The notes under the pieces were generated by a model. It ran no database searches. It had not been told where the DNA came from and saw only the letters and a program-made list of their open reading frames with translations. This document shows, in pieces, positions 1-12,442 of a DNA stretch of 64,000 nucleotides. The stretch is from positions 7,844,485-7,908,484 of the forward strand of contig NC_134027.1 in the NCBI RefSeq assembly GCF_964204645.1. Direction: 5' to 3'. The translations under genes were made by a program, and so were the position numbers. The first letter of the stretch is position 1. Each line of letters begins with the position of its first letter. Source of the stretch: Tubulanus polymorphus. Taxonomy: Eukaryota > Animalia > Nemertea.

Positions 1-2
1 CG

Positions 3-815
3 ATGTCCTTAGTGTTTGAAATCGAAAATAATCTTTATCCGTATCGTTACAACGAAAAAGACGGACACATAACCAAGGCGAGGCTTCGGGCTTTGGAATA
101 TTTCATTCCTTATATTACCAGATACAAGGCCACCCAGATGTTTTTCGATCCACTATCGTTGCTGCCTTCGGAATCCGATGATTTCGTTCTTACGGCTAAA
201 CGTGTCCGGGTGGCTTTGATAGATTCGCCTCTGAATAGCTGTCGGGGTTCGACCCCGATTTTACTGGCGTGTCATTCGTGCAGTCCAGAAGCAGTGCAAC
301 TACTGCTACGATACGGCTGCAAAGCGATGCCGGTTGAGGCGAATGGACCCGGTCTAGTGCAGCCCGACATCAACACTAGACATTTCCAACCGATCTACCA
401 AGTCACCAGCAAACTGAACGCGTTAGTGTTTTGGCGATCGCGAAATGTTTTCGATCATCTTACCGAAGAGGAGAATGACGAACTACAAAATCAACTGCAA
501 AAACGCGAATCTGTCCTCGTCGATATTCTGAAACTGTTCGGCGCGGCTGTTAGGAAATTACCAGTAAAAATTGCCGCGGGTGATTCCCTGGTTTCTACCC
601 AATCGACGTCGTTGATGTTTTATTTGAATCCGTATTACGCGAAATATCCAGATCTCGTGTTAATGTGTTCGCCCGGACCGTCGCCGTTAGTTCATTTGTG
701 CCGTTGTGCCATCCGGGAAACAATGCGTGAGTGTGAAACTCTGCCGTCTGGTATCAATAAATTACCGTTGCCGAAAATGATACAGAAATACTTGGATCTG
801 CATTTGCAGTACTGA
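3..815 (+). CDS. Ankyrin-like/SOCS-box protein (ASB-like E3 ligase adaptor); probably the last exon, may be 5'-incomplete
   Basis: 270-aa uninterrupted ORF. The C-terminus PSPLVHLCRCAIRETM...INKLPLPKMIQKYL matches the SOCS box (BC box plus cullin box LPLP). An internal ankyrin-like segment reads GSTPILLACHSCSPEAVQLLLRYG. The ATG at the window edge may be an internal Met. Confidence 0.8.
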   Translation: MSLVFEIENNLYPYRYNEKDGHITKARLRALEYFIPYITRYKATQMFFDPLSLLPSESDDFVLTAKRVRVALIDSPLNSCRGSTPILLACHSCSPEAVQLLLRYGCKAMPVEANGPGLVQPDINTRHFQPIYQVTSKLNALVFWRSRNVFDHLTEEENDELQNQLQKRESVLVDILKLFGAAVRKLPVKIAAGDSLVSTQSTSLMFYLNPYYAKYPDLVLMCSPGPSPLVHLCRCAIRETMRECETLPSGINKLPLPKMIQKYLDLHLQY

Positions 816-2381
816 TTTTTTGTCGCATAGATCTTGGAGTAATCATTAGAGCAGCACTGTTTGGACGTCCACAAACTAGCCTAGTTCATGTTGAGTTGAG
901 TTGCGAGTGAGAGAAAGCCTGGACAGATATTCACGAAGGTGGATTTTCGTTCGTTACGATGATAGTTTGTAAATGTGATAAGACCTTGATTGTTGTTATC
1001 TATTTCATTAAATGATTATTAGGATTGAAAGGTGTTTTCGACTCTTATTCAAAACGGTTCTTTTCCGACGGCAAGGGCGATATTTAGACGAACGGCTTGA
1101 ATGTCTATTTGAACACAAATATTCAATAGTCTTCCGTATTGATAAATAAGTCGACATTAATCTTAATGAAACTTCAGAAGTTGTACGATACATTAGCTAT
1201 AAAAATATGTGTTATATATAATCTGCTTTCTATCTTTAGCAAAGCTATTTTCTGTCCTATTCTCGAAGAATGGTCGACGTCGGAAATCCGGAGCAGAGCG
1301 AAGAGAGTGAGACTTAACTAACAGCTTGGAATACCAAAACTGGAACTGATTTATTTGTACACACAAACTATTTATATACATTGAGATACGAGACAGGTGG
1401 AGACATGGAAAATGATACAAAAACAAAGGTGACGAGTAGTGACATGACAGTGAGACAAACAACAATTAACACATTAGACACAGACAAACTGTCTCAAGAA
1501 ACAAAGAGCTAATTCACGTAAAAATTTAAACATTAAAGGAATATAGAATATAGATGAAATGTATACAACAATTATTGGACATTTAGTGTTGTTAAATATC
1601 TACAAGTTTCGATGCTTTCTCTAAACTAGCTGGATACCTACTATCTTCTGTTCTTCTGTATCGATTCTTATATTACTTGATCTATTCTGCTTGAGCTATT
1701 TACGCTATTTGTGCTTATTTCTTGAGCTGATGCGCTTCCTACATACAACGAATGCAATGACTACACGAATTCTTATCATCAATCTTGAACTTGAAACTTT
1801 CACTTAATTTTCCGATAGAACTAAAGACATTTTAATCTGTTAAATTAAACTTTAATGATACTGTCACAAGCTATCTAAACATTCTGTTGAATTCTCGTAA
1901 TATATTTGATACAATTACCATTACTAGTTTTGAAATAATAGGCAGATATTGCCTTGCTTCTCAACATTCAATGTCTCTTGCTTGTCAACAGGGTGGAGTA
2001 CCAGGAATTCAACAATAAACAACATCATAAGAACTCCCGAAAACGTTTGCTACGATTGATTTATTCATTCATTAAAAAATTAGAATTTGACTGTTTTTGC
2101 TTCAATGAATTTTCGTGAATACAATTCTACAGGTTTGGACCATATCACAGATTAAGGAATGTATAACTTGCAAATTGCTTAGTATTTGGTATGGCTTTTT
2201 CAGAACCGGTTTAGCACTTTTAACGTGACCTGGAACTTTCAGAGAATATACGCAGCAAATGGAAATGGTTTACCTAGTAAAAAGTCTGTTTAATTAGCGG
2301 TGACACAGATAGAGAAGTAACTTATATTACGTAGGACTGTGCTCGCTGTGTTACTACTAAACGCATTACAGATCCGGCGCC

Positions 2382-5300
2382 ATGGCTTACCAAAATATGG
2401 ATGTTCACACCGTTTCTAAGCGAAAGACGTATTCGAAAGGTCTGCTACTCGTTGCCGCAGTCGGTACGGTCCTTTTTGCCTTGATTGTAGGGTTAGCAGT
2501 TGGCATACCCCTGACGAAACGCTCACTAACACAGTCATTGACTCCATTACAGCGAGCCCGACAGTTGCTGCAACAAACTCCTCTTATAGACGGGTAAGTT
2601 CACTGACCGCAGACTCTAGTTTCACCGTCGAAGCATGAGCTGATTTAGACCATATAAGATAACTGAAAAAATTCAGATATTCTTTCACTAAAATAAATAT
2701 AAACTTCAGAATTTCATTTCATTTCAAGTAAATTCAAGTTAAACAACTTTTATTCTCGAGTAGCATGGTTTGCTCTCTAAAAATGGTATGATACTTTATA
2801 GGCCTATAGGTATTGTCAAACCGGCTTAATCCGCGTCGGCTTAATCCGGATTTTGGTCTTATCCAGAAAAGACAGTCCATTTCGTCATTAACATACAAGA
2901 AAATGACATTCAATCCAGATGCCCCGCAAACCGGGTGAATTTTTGTTGGTCCAAAATGATCCGAATTAAGTGGATTATACTGTATTGATCAAATTATTTC
3001 CTAGTTTGGTCATCAGTATTCCTAACATAAAGGGTTTTTTGTATAAGTAAAATAATCGAGTGAAAGAAATGAACTAAAGAAAATATAGCGTCACTTTCCT
3101 TTTTGCATCGACATTGTTCTATAGCAAGTCAGTTTTACTGGGACAAAGGTTGAAATTCAAAGCCCTGGAACTTGTTTTCTAGGTAGAATGAATCTTACTG
3201 TGCATGGAAAACATTTTAGAGTCTATAAAGTGACGTTTGGTCATCAGTATTCCTAACATAAAGGGTTTTTTGTATAAGTAAAATAATCGAGTGAAAGAAA
3301 TGAACTAAAGAAAATGTTGCGTCACTTTCCCTTTTTGTATCGACATTGTTCAATAGCAAGTCAGTTTTACTGGGACAAAGGTTGAAATTCGAAGCCCTGG
3401 AACTTGTTTTCTAAGTAGAATGAATCTTACGGTGCATGGAAAACATTTTAGAGTCTATAAAGTGACGTACGTATTTTATTCATATGCGCTTGGACGAATT
3501 CATGATTTTTGAATGATATATTGTTGGCACCATGGCGTTGAAAACATGGTGTTATAAAGGATGGCATTTTCATTGAATTTGAATCAGTTTTGTCAAATTT
3601 TTCTCCGAATAACGTTGCATGGCGTTAAGCGAGCAATGACATTAAAAAGGATGGCATTATAATCTTTCTTTTCAGAACCATCAACATACATACAAAAATT
3701 GTATCGGTCTTTTATAAACGTGCCGAAGAGTAGTGCATTAGTGAAACATTATTATTCTCAACGGTTTCAATAATCAATTACGACTCAAACTTCGCTTTCG
3801 TTGGAAAATCGAGCTGGTGGTTCAAATTCTGACCGCTATAAATGAAAAGAACGAATCGAAGAAAACTGGATATGTTGTATTTGGCATTTGTAATGCAAGT
3901 AAAAGTGCAAGTAAAAGTGCATACGCATATACCCGTATGACTCTCTGGTCGGTCATCCTCTCGTGCCACTACAAAACATTCAGGTCGCAATTATCTACTA
4001 ATTCGTGTATCATCTCGATGTCAATTCTATGATCAATGAACGTTTTTATGAATACATGTATATAACAATATAATCGGTATATTGACTGCGACGCTGATCG
4101 TTCATAGATTCTCAAAATTCACCGACGATTTAACCCGTTTATCCATTATCATGTCCATGTTGTAATTCTGTGAATTCTCCTAGCGGCAATAGGCCTATAT
4201 CGGGTTCTAGATTTTTTTGCGATGGTTTATTTGAATTGCTTATAACATGCGTTTTTTCAACCAAAGATTTCGTACCATTTTATACCATCACCGTAAAAAA
4301 GAATAGGCATATCATCTCACCATGCTCTTTGTCATTTCTACGGTGTTTCTTGCCATTTTCCTACCGCTTATTTTCTATTTTCCCCACGCTTCAGACACAA
4401 CGATCTGCCGTACAGATACACTATCTATGCGGATAACAGCGTGGAAACGGTGAACCTGAGAGAACGACCACCAAACTGGAATATCAGTCATACTGACATA
4501 GATCGACTGCGGAGGGGACAAGTCGGAGCTCAGGTAAATTCCATTTCAGTTAATCAGTAAGATTATTTGGTATAGGTAGAAAGAACGCATCATAGATATC
4601 CCAGATGCTCTCTAGAATGATTGCAATGGTATTTGCAGTTTTGGGCAGCATTTGTCCTATGTAAGACACAACAGAAAGATGCCGTCCGTGCAACTCTAGA
4701 ACAAATTGACGTAATCAAGCGCTACGTGGCCTTATATCCAGATGTATTCGAATTTGTTACATCAGCACAGGGTAAGCGAAATGTTAAAAAGAACAAAATT
4801 CTGTATAAATTGTAAAAATTCAAAATTTAGATGCATTCAATTAAATTTTAGGCATTTTGGATGCCTTTAAACGGAAGCGAATAGCAAGCTTGATTGGCGT
4901 TGAAGGCGGACACTCAATAGACAGTAGCCTCGGTGCTTTGCGCATGATGTATGATTTGGGCACTAGATACATGACATTGACGCACAACTGCAACACACCC
5001 TGGTATGTCTGGGCATAGAAATAACCAAAAGAGTGATCAAGGCTACTGTTTTAAAGTACATCTTCCTTACTTTATCCGTAGGGCGGATAACTCGATTGTG
5101 GACTCTGGTAAACAAACGGCGCAATTTCCCAAAACCGGACTCAATGACTTTGGAAAGGTATGTGATCATTCTTTTCCTACCTCCATTGCAGGAATATTCC
5201 GTTTTGAATGAGGCTATAACGGACACGTTCTCCGTATAAGCATGCAGAAAAAAAATCGTATTTGCAGGAGGTGGTGAGGGAAATGAACCGAATCGGGATG

Positions 5301-6833
5301 TTAGTGGATATATCTCACGTATCCGAGGCGGTCATGATGACTGTATTGAACATATCAGAAGCGCCGGTCATATTCAGCCATTCTTCATCGTACGCGTTAT
5401 GCGCCCATAGCCGCAATGTTAAAGACACGACTCTGAAATTTCTCGCGGTAATCATTGAAAACACTTCTTGAGAAATACACTGTAGTATTGAATGTTTATA
5501 ATAAGTGCTAACAATTTAGATAGTTTATCCGCGTGAAGTCGACTACCCGTCTTAACGACAGGTTCCTTGTTTCCATGTTTCCTATTGAATGTTAAATGCA
5601 GTTGACGTTACGGGCCAGTTTTTTCAGATACACGCACTTGGACAACAACTTTCATCAAAAACATTTTTTTCAATGAAGCTAAAACAAAAAACCATCCAGT
5701 TTTTCGTGTTCATCTACTCTAGGAAAAGAATAAGGGCGTTGTGATGGTCAATTTTTTCTCCAACTTTATCAACTGCCCACCGGCGTATAACAGCACGCTC
5801 GCAAATCTTACTATGGTAGCCGGTAAGTGATATAGAAACACACGTTATAAAAGATAAATTAACTATAGGAGCCTGAACAGAGCCATACAGGCTTTACAAT
5901 CACTGTAGACGTTCAGCTCCTGGGATAAAGGCTTTTTATGTAATAACAAAAGTAAAAATGCTAAAAATGATGAATAATTATTGTAGATTATGATAATTGA
6001 TAAGCAATGACGAGATAAAAATACTGTAAGCATTCAACCAAATATACGTAGCTGCGCTGCTTCATCGCTAGCAATTCTTTTTTTTGCGGAGATAATTTTT
6101 CGAAAATCGAATTTTCGAAATAAGTTCCTATTCTACAGATCACATTGACCACATCAAGAATGTAGCTGGAGCTGACCATGTTGGAATAGGCGCTGATTAC
6201 GACGGAGTTCCTTGGTATGAAGCTGACAATTACATTAAGATATTTTTTCTGTTTTATTTTTTTACCATTTTTAAAGTACGCGTACTTCATTGGTCCACCG
6301 GTGCTGGTTGGCATTATAGGAAAATATTTGAGTCATATAAATAGGAAATGATAAATTGAACTTATCATATATATGTTTCTGTCATAGGGTCCCCGAGGGG
6401 TTAGACGACGTATCCAAATATCCTGAACTGTTTGCGGAACTCATAATGCGAGGCTGGTCGGACGATGACCTGAAAAAGCTGGCCGGGGAAAATCTGTTGA
6501 GAGTTTTCAAGAAAGCGGAAGAGGTACATTACATTACACTGTGCAAGGCATTGCTAAAGGAACTGGCTGTTGATTCAGGCCACGAAAGAAAAAATATGCG
6601 TCAAAGAGTTTTTTGTTGAGCTAAATTCTAGACTTTTTGCAATTTTTCATGCACGCTGTTAAGCGATTAGATTCGTGTAGAACATGTTTTTCAAATAGAT
6701 AATTTAAAAACTTTTCTGTACTTCATATTTTCAGGTTCGCGATCGGATGTCCCAAATGAAACCGATAGATACCGTTATTCCTTTAGAATCCGTAGCTAAC
6801 GTTTCTTGTAGAACTCGGTTACCGACACCCTAA
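2382..6833 (+). CDS. Membrane dipeptidase (peptidase M19, renal dipeptidase/DPEP-like), 10 coding exons, ~433 aa
   Basis: Exons joined by hand, all GT-AG with consistent phase: 2382-2593, 4395-4533, 4639-4771, 4852-5002, 5082-5157, 5268-5447, 5723-5822, 6139-6214, 6388-6523, 6735-6833 (1302 nt). Motifs: [73 protein letters not shown]. Start context gccATGG. Confidence 0.95.
2813..2982. mobile_element. Short Tc1/mariner/pogo-like MITE in dipeptidase intron 1
   Basis: Left end TA|ttgtcaaaccggcttaatccg; right end reverse-complements to TA|cagtataatccacttaattcg (imperfect TIR, TA on both sides). The motif ggcttaatccg is repeated internally. Confidence 0.6.
3004..3467. repeat. Two-copy tandem duplication, ~231-bp unit, intronic
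   Basis: gtttggtcatcagtattcctaac...gtctataaagtgacg starts at 3004 and again at 3235, with only scattered substitutions and a 1-bp indel. Confidence 0.95.
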
Positions 6834-7297
6834 AAATACCGTGCGTATCGCAATTATCACCCGGTCAAACAGGAAACGGACTATATTTTCACGCATCCGA
6901 ATAGAGCCAGAAAAAAGATTCACGAGCAATTCAAGAACCAAATCATTACATCAGGTATTCAGATGTCTCGGTACACCGAAGGCGCTGGGTTTGTAAAAGC
7001 TTCGCTGCTTAGATTTCGCCATACGATAGAGAAGCTCTAGTAACCACTCATTTTCACTCAGGTTTATTGTATAAATACCAATCAACCTGGCACAATAGAT
7101 AGAAGAGTATCGATGTGAAAATGAAAAACTTTATTATCGGTGCTAATATCGTTATATCGTTATATCGTTATATATCGTATATAAACTTAAACGAAAAAAG
7201 ATTTAACTTAAAAGAAAAATAGAACATACATGTTAACCTCTGTTAGTCTGATTGTGATGAATGTTTCGAGCTTGGAAGCAAGACACACGCCTGCCTT

Positions 7298-8377
7298 TTA
7301 CATACGGCTATAGGCACCTCCATAGTTCTGGCCTCGCACTATGGCGAATGCTTCCTCGGTCATTTCATTATAGTCAACGTTGACACGAGTTGGACAGCAT
7401 ATCGACTTCACTTCACGCCTAAACCAATCCAACGTAAGAATATAGGCTACGTAATTAAAACTATTGTTCATGTAAATGAGTCTATTCACGAAATCGTAGG
7501 CATGTAATAGATCGTTATCCGGGTCGGATTTTTGCATGTCAAACTGAAACATGATTAGGTCTAACGCGGCAGCCGGAATCACGCAGACAAGATATAACAT
7601 CGAAATCACCAGTAATTGTTTTATGACCTTCATTTCGCGGTCTTGCCTCTCAAGATCAACGGGATCGGTTGGATCGTCGCGTTTTCGTTTGGCCATCAGC
7701 GCCCATGTGATTATTCCGTTGCCAATACATACAAAAAACACGGGAAGGAGGTATATCACGAAAAACAATAAAAACGGCCCCAAAAAAGAAATAGTTCCTT
7801 GCGATTCTTTGTATGTGTAAACACACTCGATAAAGTAGCCGTCATCGTCGATGTCGTAGGTTACCAAAACGGGAATCAGAATTAATATACCCAAAAGCGC
7901 TACCAAAGCAATAGCGATTAGTCTTTTTCTTCGCGTCAGCCACATGATCGTATGCGATATACTGACCGAAACGACTCTTTCTAACGTGAACAACGCTATT
8001 ATCCACGATGCCGAGAATCCGCCCACCCATCCTAGATACGATAGAATCTTACACGATGCCGGCGTAGAAAGGATATTTGTTCTTATATTATCAGCGCCTC
8101 CGATCGCATTGGGCATGTCCAAATGTAGCCACGTAACCATCGCGCCGAATACCAATAAAATTAGATCGGCAACGCAAAGTGGTAATAAGTAATCTAGAAC
8201 ATCTTTGTGACGTAGTTTCCTACTCCTGATGAAGATGTAAAGCGAACCGGTATTTCCGACTATCCCTTGAATGTAGCAAACTGGTGCTATGTATCCTACA
8301 AATACCATTAGAATATCTCCAAATGCACCACTATGTCCATTGGAAGGGGGCACACTCGTGCCATTCGATCCGTTCAT
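7298..8377 (-). CDS. Intronless class A (rhodopsin-like) GPCR, peptide-receptor/chemoreceptor-like, left copy, 359 aa
   Basis: Seven hydrophobic segments. N-terminal NGS/NGT sequons; TM1 GIVGN; TM2 LCVADL; TM3 Cys and ERV (DRY equivalent); ECL2 Cys; TM5 YLLP; TM6 YLVCVIP; TM7 NNSFNYVAY; CC in the tail. Confidence 0.93.
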   Translation of the reverse strand: MNGSNGTSVPPSNGHSGAFGDILMVFVGYIAPVCYIQGIVGNTGSLYIFIRSRKLRHKDVLDYLLPLCVADLILLVFGAMVTWLHLDMPNAIGGADNIRTNILSTPASCKILSYLGWVGGFSASWIIALFTLERVVSVSISHTIMWLTRRKRLIAIALVALLGILILIPVLVTYDIDDDGYFIECVYTYKESQGTISFLGPFLLFFVIYLLPVFFVCIGNGIITWALMAKRKRDDPTDPVDLERQDREMKVIKQLLVISMLYLVCVIPAAALDLIMFQFDMQKSDPDNDLLHAYDFVNRLIYMNNSFNYVAYILTLDWFRREVKSICCPTRVNVDYNEMTEEAFAIVRGQNYGGAYSRM

Positions 8378-8954
8378 CTTGAATGTTTGTTATCTCCAAA
8401 CAAACAACTGCTTCGAACGATAGTCAAAATACGTGTTTCCCAGTCAGAGGTTGAAAATTAAAACATGGCCATCGTACTATAACAAAACAGTTCCTGCACA
8501 GGCACGAACGTTACGCACAGGCACGAACGTTACGCACAGGTGGCATCAGAAATAGTTTTATTAATTCGGGTTATAAACTGTAAAGATATTTTCTTGTCGC
8601 CATTATCTATGTTCTTTGATCTGTAAAAGTTCGTAGTAAGAGTAAGCTTCATCAGATAATTCCAGTATGATATTATTATACATTTCTCACTATTCCTACA
8701 ATAACCTCCATGTGTTATGTACAAATTTGTAGAAAATTTAACACATTAAACCGACTTTTTATTCGATAACTGAGTGTTCGTTGGTATTTTCGGTGGTTTT
8801 CATCTTAAGTCTCTTTCTCTCTTGAGCCGATGGATAAAGAATTAAAAGTCAAGCTCATGTTCATCAAGTTAAAACAAATGCCACCAAAAGAGCGAATGAA
8901 TTTCTGAGCAATGGTAGAATAGCCCGTACACTCCGACGTGGAGGACATATAATG

Positions 8955-9148
8955 ATAAACTCACTATATACAGAAATTAAGAGATTCAAACGAATTTCGT
9001 TTATCACGAATTGAAATCAAAATATACGACGTTTCGAACTCACACTGGAAATCATCGTCAGGTGTGAGGACTTACATCTCACGCCTGTATTTTTGTTTCA
9101 TTTCTTGATAATCAAAATTCAATTTTAATCTTTTACAATCTAGTTTAT
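8955..9148. mobile_element. Fold-back element with a minimal hammerhead-like core on the minus strand (Penelope-like LTR derivative), left copy
   Basis: Imperfect inverted arms (aagagattcaaacgaatttcgtttatcacgaa... / ...ttcttgataatcaaaattcaattttaatctttt). Minus strand 9023-9066 reads cacac-CTGACGA-T-stem-GAAA-CG-TC. Central hairpin caggtgtgag/ctcacgcctg. Confidence 0.65.
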
Positions 9149-9299
9149 ACGTCCACGTCATCGCATATTGGCCATCACGCTGTGACGTTTTACTTAGTTA
9201 GCGGTCAACTACATGACATAATAGCGCATAATGCACGATAATAGCAGGATACAGCAACTCCGTGACTCAATCAGAATAACAGCGACGGCAATTTCCATT

Positions 9300-9462
9300 T
9301 AATCACAAAAGTTCAAATCAGTTATGACACAAAAACATAGAGTTTCAGATCTTAAAAAAAAGTTTTAATTAATTACATTACAAGAAAAATTTAACATCAA
9401 TACACCAGGCTTATCATTTGACAACCATAGACCTGCATATTTATATGGACTACCCAAAATGA
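9300..9462 (+). mobile_element. Degenerate Penelope-like reverse-transcriptase relic (also at ~14420-14582)
   Basis: agacctgcatatttatatggactacccaaaat translates RPAYLYGLPK(M/I), resembling the PxxLYGLPKxHK motif of Penelope-type RTs. The flanking frame is broken by stops. It lies next to the hammerhead-bearing fold-back. Confidence 0.5.
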
Positions 9463-10374
9463 TAGGAATTAAGTAGTTGAGTATTTTGATTCATCTAAAT
9501 CATCAATTATCATTGTTATCAAGTTTATTTTCGATCACCTTTTGAATATGTTTTCGATTATTTCGAATGTCTAATCAGTATTTATACTTTTACTCAATTT
9601 TTCTTAATTTTCTTCCGTGAAAGGTATTCTACGAGGAAATTCAAACTACCAGTTCCAAATACACTTTGCTTTAACAGCGTATTAAATTTGATAAAAACTG
9701 ATTCACATTTATGATTGAACATTTTCAAACTTTGATTAGTTTTAAATGAAAGGAAGTTTAGACGTATTTTCCAACGTTTTTAGACGTTTTTCAGTGCTCC
9801 GGCAACCCGAGGGCTGTTTAAAGAATAAAGCAAAACGCTGTTGTAATCTATTTTAAGTTTGTCGACAGAAATTTGATAATGGCATTTTCTTTTGGGTATT
9901 GAGGTTGACTGAAATTCCAATTATGCGTTTGCTTGTGTTGTCTGGTCATTGATTTCTAATTTCAATCGAATCTGAATGCCATCTGCCATAAAGAGCTGAC
10001 GCTGATTAATTCCGCTAGGTGGTACTCCATAAATCGAGGAGCGACGTTAGGTCGTTATGTACAGTATTCCAAACAACGTTTTTCGCCATGCCAAAGACAG
10101 CCTCAACTTTTATCCTCTCAGGGACAGTCACAGATCATTGCGGTAGATTTTAACTACTTCTACGTGCACCTTGATTATTCATTCTTTATCACAGAAAAGA
10201 TCCAAAGTTGATGTCTATCATTTCCCAATTCATGAACACCAGTATCCTCTTTCTCACAGTCGATACATACATGTTTTAACTATGAAAATGTCACGAAACC
10301 GATTTCAAATTAGGGAAAGACCACGAAGGTTTGCAAATAAATTTGGGCTTTGTAGCTATCGATGTGTGATAGTC

Positions 10375-11533
10375 TTAATTTTCTTTGCGGCTGTCCGTGG
10401 AATCGTAGTTGTTGGCGTCCGATACGTCCTGACTGCCTAGATATTTGTAATCTCCTCATTGGGTCCATGGAGTTCCCGATTAGCCGCTAAATCTGGATAC
10501 ATGCTCTTAAAAATCAACCATCGTAGTCGGAAGAGTTCGTGCAGTAAATCGAGCATATTGGCGTCAGGATTATTGTAACTACAACCACACTGGGTCGAGT
10601 CCAGTCGAGGACCTTGTATAACAAATGATTGCCTTTGGGACCTTCTCCGCGCAGAGCGAAGCATAGAGCGTTGAAACCGATGTAAAACAATCCGAGCGAA
10701 ATCGGATAGACGAAATGTAGAAGTCTGACTGGATCTCCTGATATGAATAAATCGATTATGACGAGGATAGCACCGAGACTATGTTTTATCTCACTTCCGG
10801 TCGTCTGGAAGTACCCTGAAATAATGGACAAAAGGAGATTGAATCATTTCATAGTAATAGTTAGAATTCTTATAGTTAGATTCTTATAGAAAGGCAAATG
10901 CTTAATACGACGAAATTCAGATGTTAATGCAATATATACGAAAAATATACGGTTAAGTATGAAAAGGTGTTGCTTAAAACAGTAAAAACACAACATTGGC
11001 CCATAAATCCACGTCCGAAATAGCATAGAGTACATAGTATTTCTAATGAAATAAATCTTACAAGAAGTGTCCATTGTAATTATAAACACCCAAAAACAGA
11101 TTGAGACCACTATCGAAATGTTCCAGGCTATCGTATTAAATAACAAGGAACACTGTAGGCCCACCGTAAGACTATCGCGTTGCTGTAAAACTTCTGAAAT
11201 GATGAATAAGTTAAATTTCATAGAAATCACACGGATACAATGAATGACGAACTTAAATGGTTTTTTATTTACTTTTTGAATATCTCTATCTAATCCATAT
11301 ATCTATTCACCTTTATTGCAAACATCGTAGTATAGGGTAAGTATTGCTCGGAATATAAATGACAGACACAAAATGAAGAAACTCCAGTTAGTCGCGTATG
11401 TAAACCACAGGTGCGGCTTTTCCGGATAGAACCATTCGATCTCTTCGACTATGTTTGTGATCAGCCATACTAAAAACCCCAACGCAAGCACCACGCGAAA
11501 TATACAGTGTATGTTTGGTTTCAATCTTGGCCA
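10375..11533 (-). pseudogene. Partial, frameshifted duplicate of the rolling-stone-like gene (exons 2-4 only)
   Basis: Exons 11311-11533, 11062-11193 and 10375-10815 match the intact gene. The last exon is 14 nt shorter: a 13-bp deletion (cacttgcaccagt missing near 10547) causes a frameshift and premature stop at 10514, and there is a 1-bp deletion near 10440. The duplicated unit contains no copy of exon 1. Confidence 0.85.
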
Positions 11534-12103
11534 CTGAAAGATATAATAAGTTAATATACGTTAATCAACTTTTTAGTGATGAAGCAGTTAAAACTCGCGT
11601 CCGTGTTTAGCACTGTACATATCATATACTAAAACTTAAAATGCCAGATTTTTGTTGACAGTAGATGGCGTTAGGGTATAAAATGATATCTTTTTTATCA
11701 TTTAAAATGATGGGAAAAATATCATATACTCGTACAGTATATATACGTGTTTCCCTATTCAAAATGATGGACGAAAATTTTCATCTAGTTTCGATTACAG
11801 GCCACCTTTTCCACAAACTGCATGAAATTGAGACAAAATTGAAGCGAAATCAAAGCGTAAGAAACGAAATAATACCACATACAAATCTGTATGGTACAGT
11901 TGCAGCACTCACTGCTGTTTCAATATTGTCTGTGAACTCTTTGTAATAGGATTACTCGTCGGCACGAACTTATTATCAGTAATTAGATGACAAGTCACGC
12001 GACCGGTTAGATCCACGGCGTAGGGTTATAACCAAGGTCACCACTGATAGGATTGTTTACGACACGACACGGCTTACATTTATTCCGAAATAAATGTACG
12101 AAC

Positions 12104-12227
12104 GTATGGTGGCCGATTCGGGGCATGTAATTTTTTTTTTCGTCCTCCACTAAAACGCGCAAAAACAAATCTGACCGCGCAAAAACAAACTTTTAACGCG
12201 CAAAAACAAAATAATCCGTTTTTGCCA
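12104..12227 (+). mobile_element. Truncated TIR-element end at the duplication junction
   Basis: Starts gtATGGTGGCCGATTCGGGGCATGTAA, similar to the inverted ends of the element at 24327-24542, followed by three copies of cgcgcaaaaacaaa. Present once, between the two duplicated units. Confidence 0.7.
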
Positions 12228-12442
12228 ATAAATACCAATCAACCTGGCACTATAGATAGAAGAGTATTGATGTGAAAATGAAAAACTTTATTATCGGTGC
12301 TAATATCGTTAACTATATATCGAATATAAACTTAAACGAAAATTGGTTTAACTTAAAAGAAAAATAGAACATATATGTTAACCTCTGTTAGTCTAATTGT
12401 GATGAATGTTTCCAGCTTGGAAGCAAGACACACGCCTGCCTT

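Larger units (their letters stand above)
7071..12103. repeat. Segmental tandem duplication, left copy (GPCR plus rolling-stone exons 2-4)
   Basis: Begins ataaataccaatcaacctggcac and ends ttccgaaataaatgtacgaac. Colinear and near-identical with 12228-17665. Confidence 0.95.

Noticed and set aside
7551-8192. Short ORFs overlapping the GPCRs (also 12699-13340)
   Set aside because: Antisense or alternative-frame shadows of the GPCR CDS; conserved only because the region is duplicated.
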